Assembly (NCBI RefSeq): GCF_006345805.1
Contig: NC_043011.1
Location: 26,238,464-26,302,463 of the forward strand
DNA length: 64,000 nucleotides
Direction: 5' to 3'
Origin: Octopus sinensis
Taxonomy: Eukaryota
Position numbers and translations under genes: made by a program. Shown in pieces: positions 59,702 through 64,000 of this stretch. The notes beneath the pieces are model-generated. The model had not been told where the DNA came from and made no database searches. It saw only the letters and a list, made by a program, of their open reading frames with translations. Position 1 is the stretch's first letter; each line of letters begins with the position of its first letter.

Positions 59702-59874
59702 TTTTATCTTTTACTTGTATCAATAATTGGATTGCAGCCATGTTGGGGCCCCACCTTGAAGATTTTAGTCGTACAAATCGACCCGAGAACTTATTCTATC
59801 GTTCTCATTTGCCGAAGCACTAAGTTACGCTAACAAACCAACACCGGTTGACAAATGGTGGTGGCGGACACACG

Positions 59875-59912
<38 letters not shown>

Positions 59913-60098
59913 ACACACACACACACCAACACACACACCACACACACACACACGCACAACGGGCTTCCACGCAGTGTTCATTGACTGAATTCATTCAGCC
60001 TGGGGCTGCAGTAGAAACCAATTGCACAAGATGCCGCGCAGTGGGTGTGAACCCGAAACCATGTGGATCGCAAAGAAAGTTGCTTAACCACACACACA
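59702..60098 (-). mobile_element. Old SINE S2 copy
   Basis: Reverse-complement tail TTTTACTTG.., (CA)n and head. Confidence 0.72.
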
Positions 60099-60380
60099 TG
60101 TTGATATACTTATTTCTATGTCTTTACATACAAGTTTGAAAATATATCTTGCGAGAGTTTCATCATATCACTATCCATTACGCTCTACAAACATCGTAAA
60201 AGGAAGTATTCAAATCTCGGTATCTCCAAAATATACTGGTATGTATATCTGTGTGTGTGTGTGTGTGTGCGTGCGTGCGTGTGTGTACGTGTGTGCGGAC
60301 AAATGAAAGAAGCACTCAGCGCATTTAGTAGAGTTACATATGCTATTCTTTAAAACATGGGGCCGAATCAAACTGTTTTA

Positions 60381-60381
<1 letters not shown>

Positions 60382-60425
<44 letters not shown>

Positions 60426-60522
60426 AATAATAATAAAAATAATAATAATATTAATAATAATAATAATATTAATAATAATAATAATAATAATAATAAAGAT
60501 AAAAATAATGATAATAATGATA
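60382..60522. repeat. (TAA)n microsatellite
   Basis: Direct reading. Confidence 0.95.
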
Positions 60523-60524
60523 AA

Positions 60525-60891
60525 TCTCTCTCTATATAAACGTCAGTTTGTCTGTGTGTGTTTCTGTGTGTCTGTTAGGTTGTACCCTCACCCTGACCAC
60601 GGCTTTCAACCGTCTGAGGAAACTTGACACACACATAGCCCAATGTCATAATTCAAAACTAACGCAGCGAAAATTTTGAAAAGTTCCCCCAGTTCTGAAA
60701 AAAATCGATAAATTCGACATGGAGTCAAGAATCAGAAACACAAACCACAGACTGTCTAGGGGACGCAACTCGACCTTTTTAACTAAAAAAATTTACCATC
60801 ATTTTTTTTCCATTTTTTGGCTATAACTCTCTAAAAATGCTTTATAGTTATTTACCTTACAAACCCGAGCAACGCCGGGCGATACTGCTAG
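60525..60891 (+). mobile_element. Helitron-like element with HB-type 3' end and HA-like 5' end
   Basis: A|TCTCTCTCTATATAAACG start; last ~110 bp nearly identical to the end of 45393-45787; CTAG|T. Confidence 0.82.
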
Positions 60892-61130
60892 TCTATAATA
60901 AAAGAATAAAAGAATATATATATAGTGAGGCATTATTACGATGCGATGTGAGCTGCATCAGAGTTCATAGTCAGCAGATTATTATTGTTGAGGAGGTAGG
61001 ATAGGCGGGACATAACCAAAACTTTGGCACACCAAAGTTGACAGAATGAGGGTCAGAGAGAACTCCTTCAGCGCATGCTGTGATGGCGTTGCCTGACAGG
61101 AAGCTTTCAGCTCAAGACAGTCAGGAAGGC

Positions 61131-61184
<54 letters not shown>

Positions 61185-61407
61185 CTACACATATTTTATA
61201 CATTCATATACATATATCTGTATCTGTGTATATATGTATGCATATATATATATATATATATACACACACATACATATACACACACACACATGCACACACG
61301 CATATGCATTTATGTATATATATATATAATACATACACGCGCACATATGTATGTTCTAGTGTTTGTGTGCGTGTGTGTATACATATATATCTTCATATGT
61401 CTACATT

Positions 61408-61438
<31 letters not shown>

Positions 61439-61779
61439 TCATTCATATACAAGACACATTGAAACAACAGAAGCCTTAATAGTGTTGTTCTTAGTTTAAA
61501 TACCGGCACCACACATACGTTTCTCCCTCCCCTAACCCATTACTCAGCTAGTCACCTGCTATCAATTTTAGATGGGAGCTAGAAACAATAACCGTACTGC
61601 CTATATTTACTTTGTCAGACGTGCATTAACACGACGTTTGCAAACAAAACAGAAGATAATTGCAATGATGAAGAATAGCCAGACTACAATCATCTTTATC
61701 CATGTACATAAACATACATTCATAAACAGAAGTTGATGGTTCATCGTCGGTTTCGACGATGAGCATTCAGCCTTTGAGA

Positions 61780-61940
61780 AAGAGGGAAAAACCTCCACGT
61801 TGCAACAAAACCCCGCAAGAAAACCAAAATTTCTGATAGGGACCGTTGGAGTTTCACACGAATTGTTAGCAAGGATCAGAAAAGTACAGTTCCCAAAATT
61901 ACTGCAGAGCTTAATGACCACATCGAAGACCCTGTTCGAT
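61780..61940 (+). mobile_element. Fragment of the same Tc1 family as 58175-59441
   Basis: CTTTGAGAAAGAGGGAAAA..GATAGGGACCGTTGGA..CCCAAAATTACTGCAGAGCTTAATGACCAC. Confidence 0.8.
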
Positions 61941-62084
61941 CAATTGAAGTATTCGCTCATTGAATTAACGTAGTTCAAGAAGCAATTATTTCAGATGGTA
62001 ACAAAGTGATTCTGTCACAGATAGAAAGGCAGATTGCATGATGCTTATGTACAAAGTAACGAAACATAGGTACTGATATACGAG

Positions 62085-62118
<34 letters not shown>

Positions 62119-63084
62119 TAATAAAATAGAACATATGCATATATATAAACATATGTACGTACCTACCTTTACATGTACATATACACGCATATATGTGTAC
62201 AGGACACCAAAAAGACGTCGAACATGAGAGAGACGAAAAACATAGACACAAACCAAGGAACAGGACAAGCAAAAAAGAAAAAAAAGGATACAGGACAATA
62301 AGCACAACGAAAAAATCCCCTTCTTCAGTCGCTAAGGTTTCATCTACTCTACGTTTCGAAGGATAAAAGCGAGACGTATACTTCGAAGAACTTCCTTCCT
62401 GCGAAAGCAAATCAATTAAAATTCTGAGATCTTTTCGCAGAGGGGTAAAAATGGTAAAAAAAGCAAGACGGTAACGACAGTACAAACATATAAACAGTAA
62501 AAAAAAAAAAAAAAAATTATATAAACAGTTGAAAATAAATATATAACAGTGAGAGACAGGACAAGGAGACAGATAATCCGAAGGTGTTGTTTACGCCAGA
62601 CGAAAAAAGTAATGCAAACGCTGGATTATAGTGGACACGAGAGAGAGAAGGAATGTCGACCAGTGGCCTAGAAGGCGGGCGAGAAAAGACAGGATAGCAG
62701 TTTACGACGGAAGTATCGTCGCAGATGGACGACGGAATGGGGGAGGAGGAGCAAGAGGAAGAGAGAGAAGAAGGGGAATGGGTGCGAGGAGACCATGAAG
62801 AATGGTGAGGGGAGGGAGAGAGAGAGAATGAAGAATGAGAGAGAGAGGAAGAGACAGTTAAGTGAGGGAAAAAGACGAAAAAGGGAATGGGAGAGAAAGA
62901 AAGAAAGAAAGATGAAGAGTCGCGTGAGAGTTAATATCAAGGCTAACTTGATAAACCGAACAATCTTACTTAATAGGGTGCGTGCGTTTAGTCGTATAAT
63001 ATGTTTATATATATATATATATATATATAAAATTTATATATAAAATTTGTTGAAAAAAAGCTGCAATAATTATGTACCAATCCA

Positions 63085-63126
<42 letters not shown>

Positions 63127-63297
63127 ATATTAGGAGTATTAGGGAGTTGCCTAATAGTGGTTTTATTCTAATAATCTATATATATAATATTAGGGACTAT
63201 ATTAGGGAGTTGTCTAATATACTGAACTAATATATAATATATATATATATATTATTATATATATGAGATATATATATAATTATATATATATATATAT

Positions 63298-63330
<33 letters not shown>

Positions 63331-63337
<7 letters not shown>

Positions 63338-63581
63338 GGTACATAATTATTGTAGCTTTTTTCAACAAATTTTATTCAACAAAAACAATAACAACATGTA
63401 GCAAAAACATCTTTCCGTGATTATTTCGGAGCATATTCACCATCTACTTCAATTACTACTGACCATTTGCTTGGCAGACGGTCAGACCGTCATTTAAAGA
63501 TGTTTTTGTTGAATATTGTTATTGTTTTTGCTGAATAAAATTTGTTGATAAAAAAGCCGCAATAATTATACACTGACCCAA
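63331..63581. mobile_element. Mariner-type MITE with long TIRs; extra solo end at 63041-63085
   Basis: TA-flanked TTGG(A/G)T(T/C)..TACATAATTATTG(T/C)(A/G)GCTTTTTT arms of ~70 bp. Confidence 0.78.
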
Positions 63582-63601
63582 TATATGTGTGTATGTGTGT
63601 A

Positions 63602-63667
<66 letters not shown>

Positions 63668-64000
63668 CGTTTATCAATTCGTTTTGCAAGATTCCTGATG
63701 TGAAATCCTGTATATTTTTTCTTCCCTCGTTTATCACTCGTTTATTTTATTATTTCAACTCATGTTCCGGACAATGGACATGAGTAAAAATAATAAAATA
63801 AGAATGGAATAAACGAGTGAACAAAAGATATTTGTGCATGTGTTTTATTTGGCAAACAAAAATGACCATCCCGAAATACAACACTATATATATGTAATAT
63901 ATATAATATATCATATATATATATATATATATATCTACATATACATATAAATTTTATTTTCTGAATGTACATATAATGCCATTTTATTTCATTAAGTTTT

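Noticed and set aside
61741-61764. Short hairpins TCATCGTCG-GTTT-CGACGATGA and ACTCATGT..ACATGAGT near 63760
   Set aside because: 8-10-bp stems are expected occasionally by chance in 64 kb; no supporting context.
57821-64000. Search for the upstream HExxPGHH(L)Q exon
   Set aside because: Not found by eye in any minus frame; presumed to lie beyond the window, so no feature reported.

Overview
AT-rich, microsatellite- and transposon-dense animal genomic DNA. The repeat landscape suggests a coleoid cephalopod, probably Octopus (inference, no database search). Two convergent intron-containing genes were reconstructed by hand. (1) On +, the last 13 coding exons of Cullin-4 (216-19167; 418 C-terminal aa; all GT-AG introns with consistent phases; neddylation motif AAIVRIMK intact). 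(2) On -, four 3' exons (57820-44666) of a DUF885-family protein, a mostly bacterial putative zinc-metallopeptidase family, ending in a GPI-anchor-like tail. The ORF track largely hides this gene; one expected internal exon was not found and may lie in the 100-N gap. The rest is layered mobile DNA: mariner and Tc1 relics and MITEs, a hAT MITE, Helitron-like elements, two clades of Penelope-like elements with hammerhead-ribozyme-like motifs, an R4-like RLE fragment, RTE and CR1 LINE ends, a solo LTR with a 4-bp TSD and several tRNA-derived SINE families. Best leads: the DUF885/GPI gene, the hammerhead motifs (one canonical core, two sharing an A6U variant), a ~250-bp target duplication around an RTE tail, a filled/empty-site pair carrying a tRNA-Thr-like segment plus a perfect 21-bp hairpin, and a CUL4 Met codon where Val is otherwise conserved (A-to-I editing candidate). 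Most six-frame ORFs are microsatellite artefacts.
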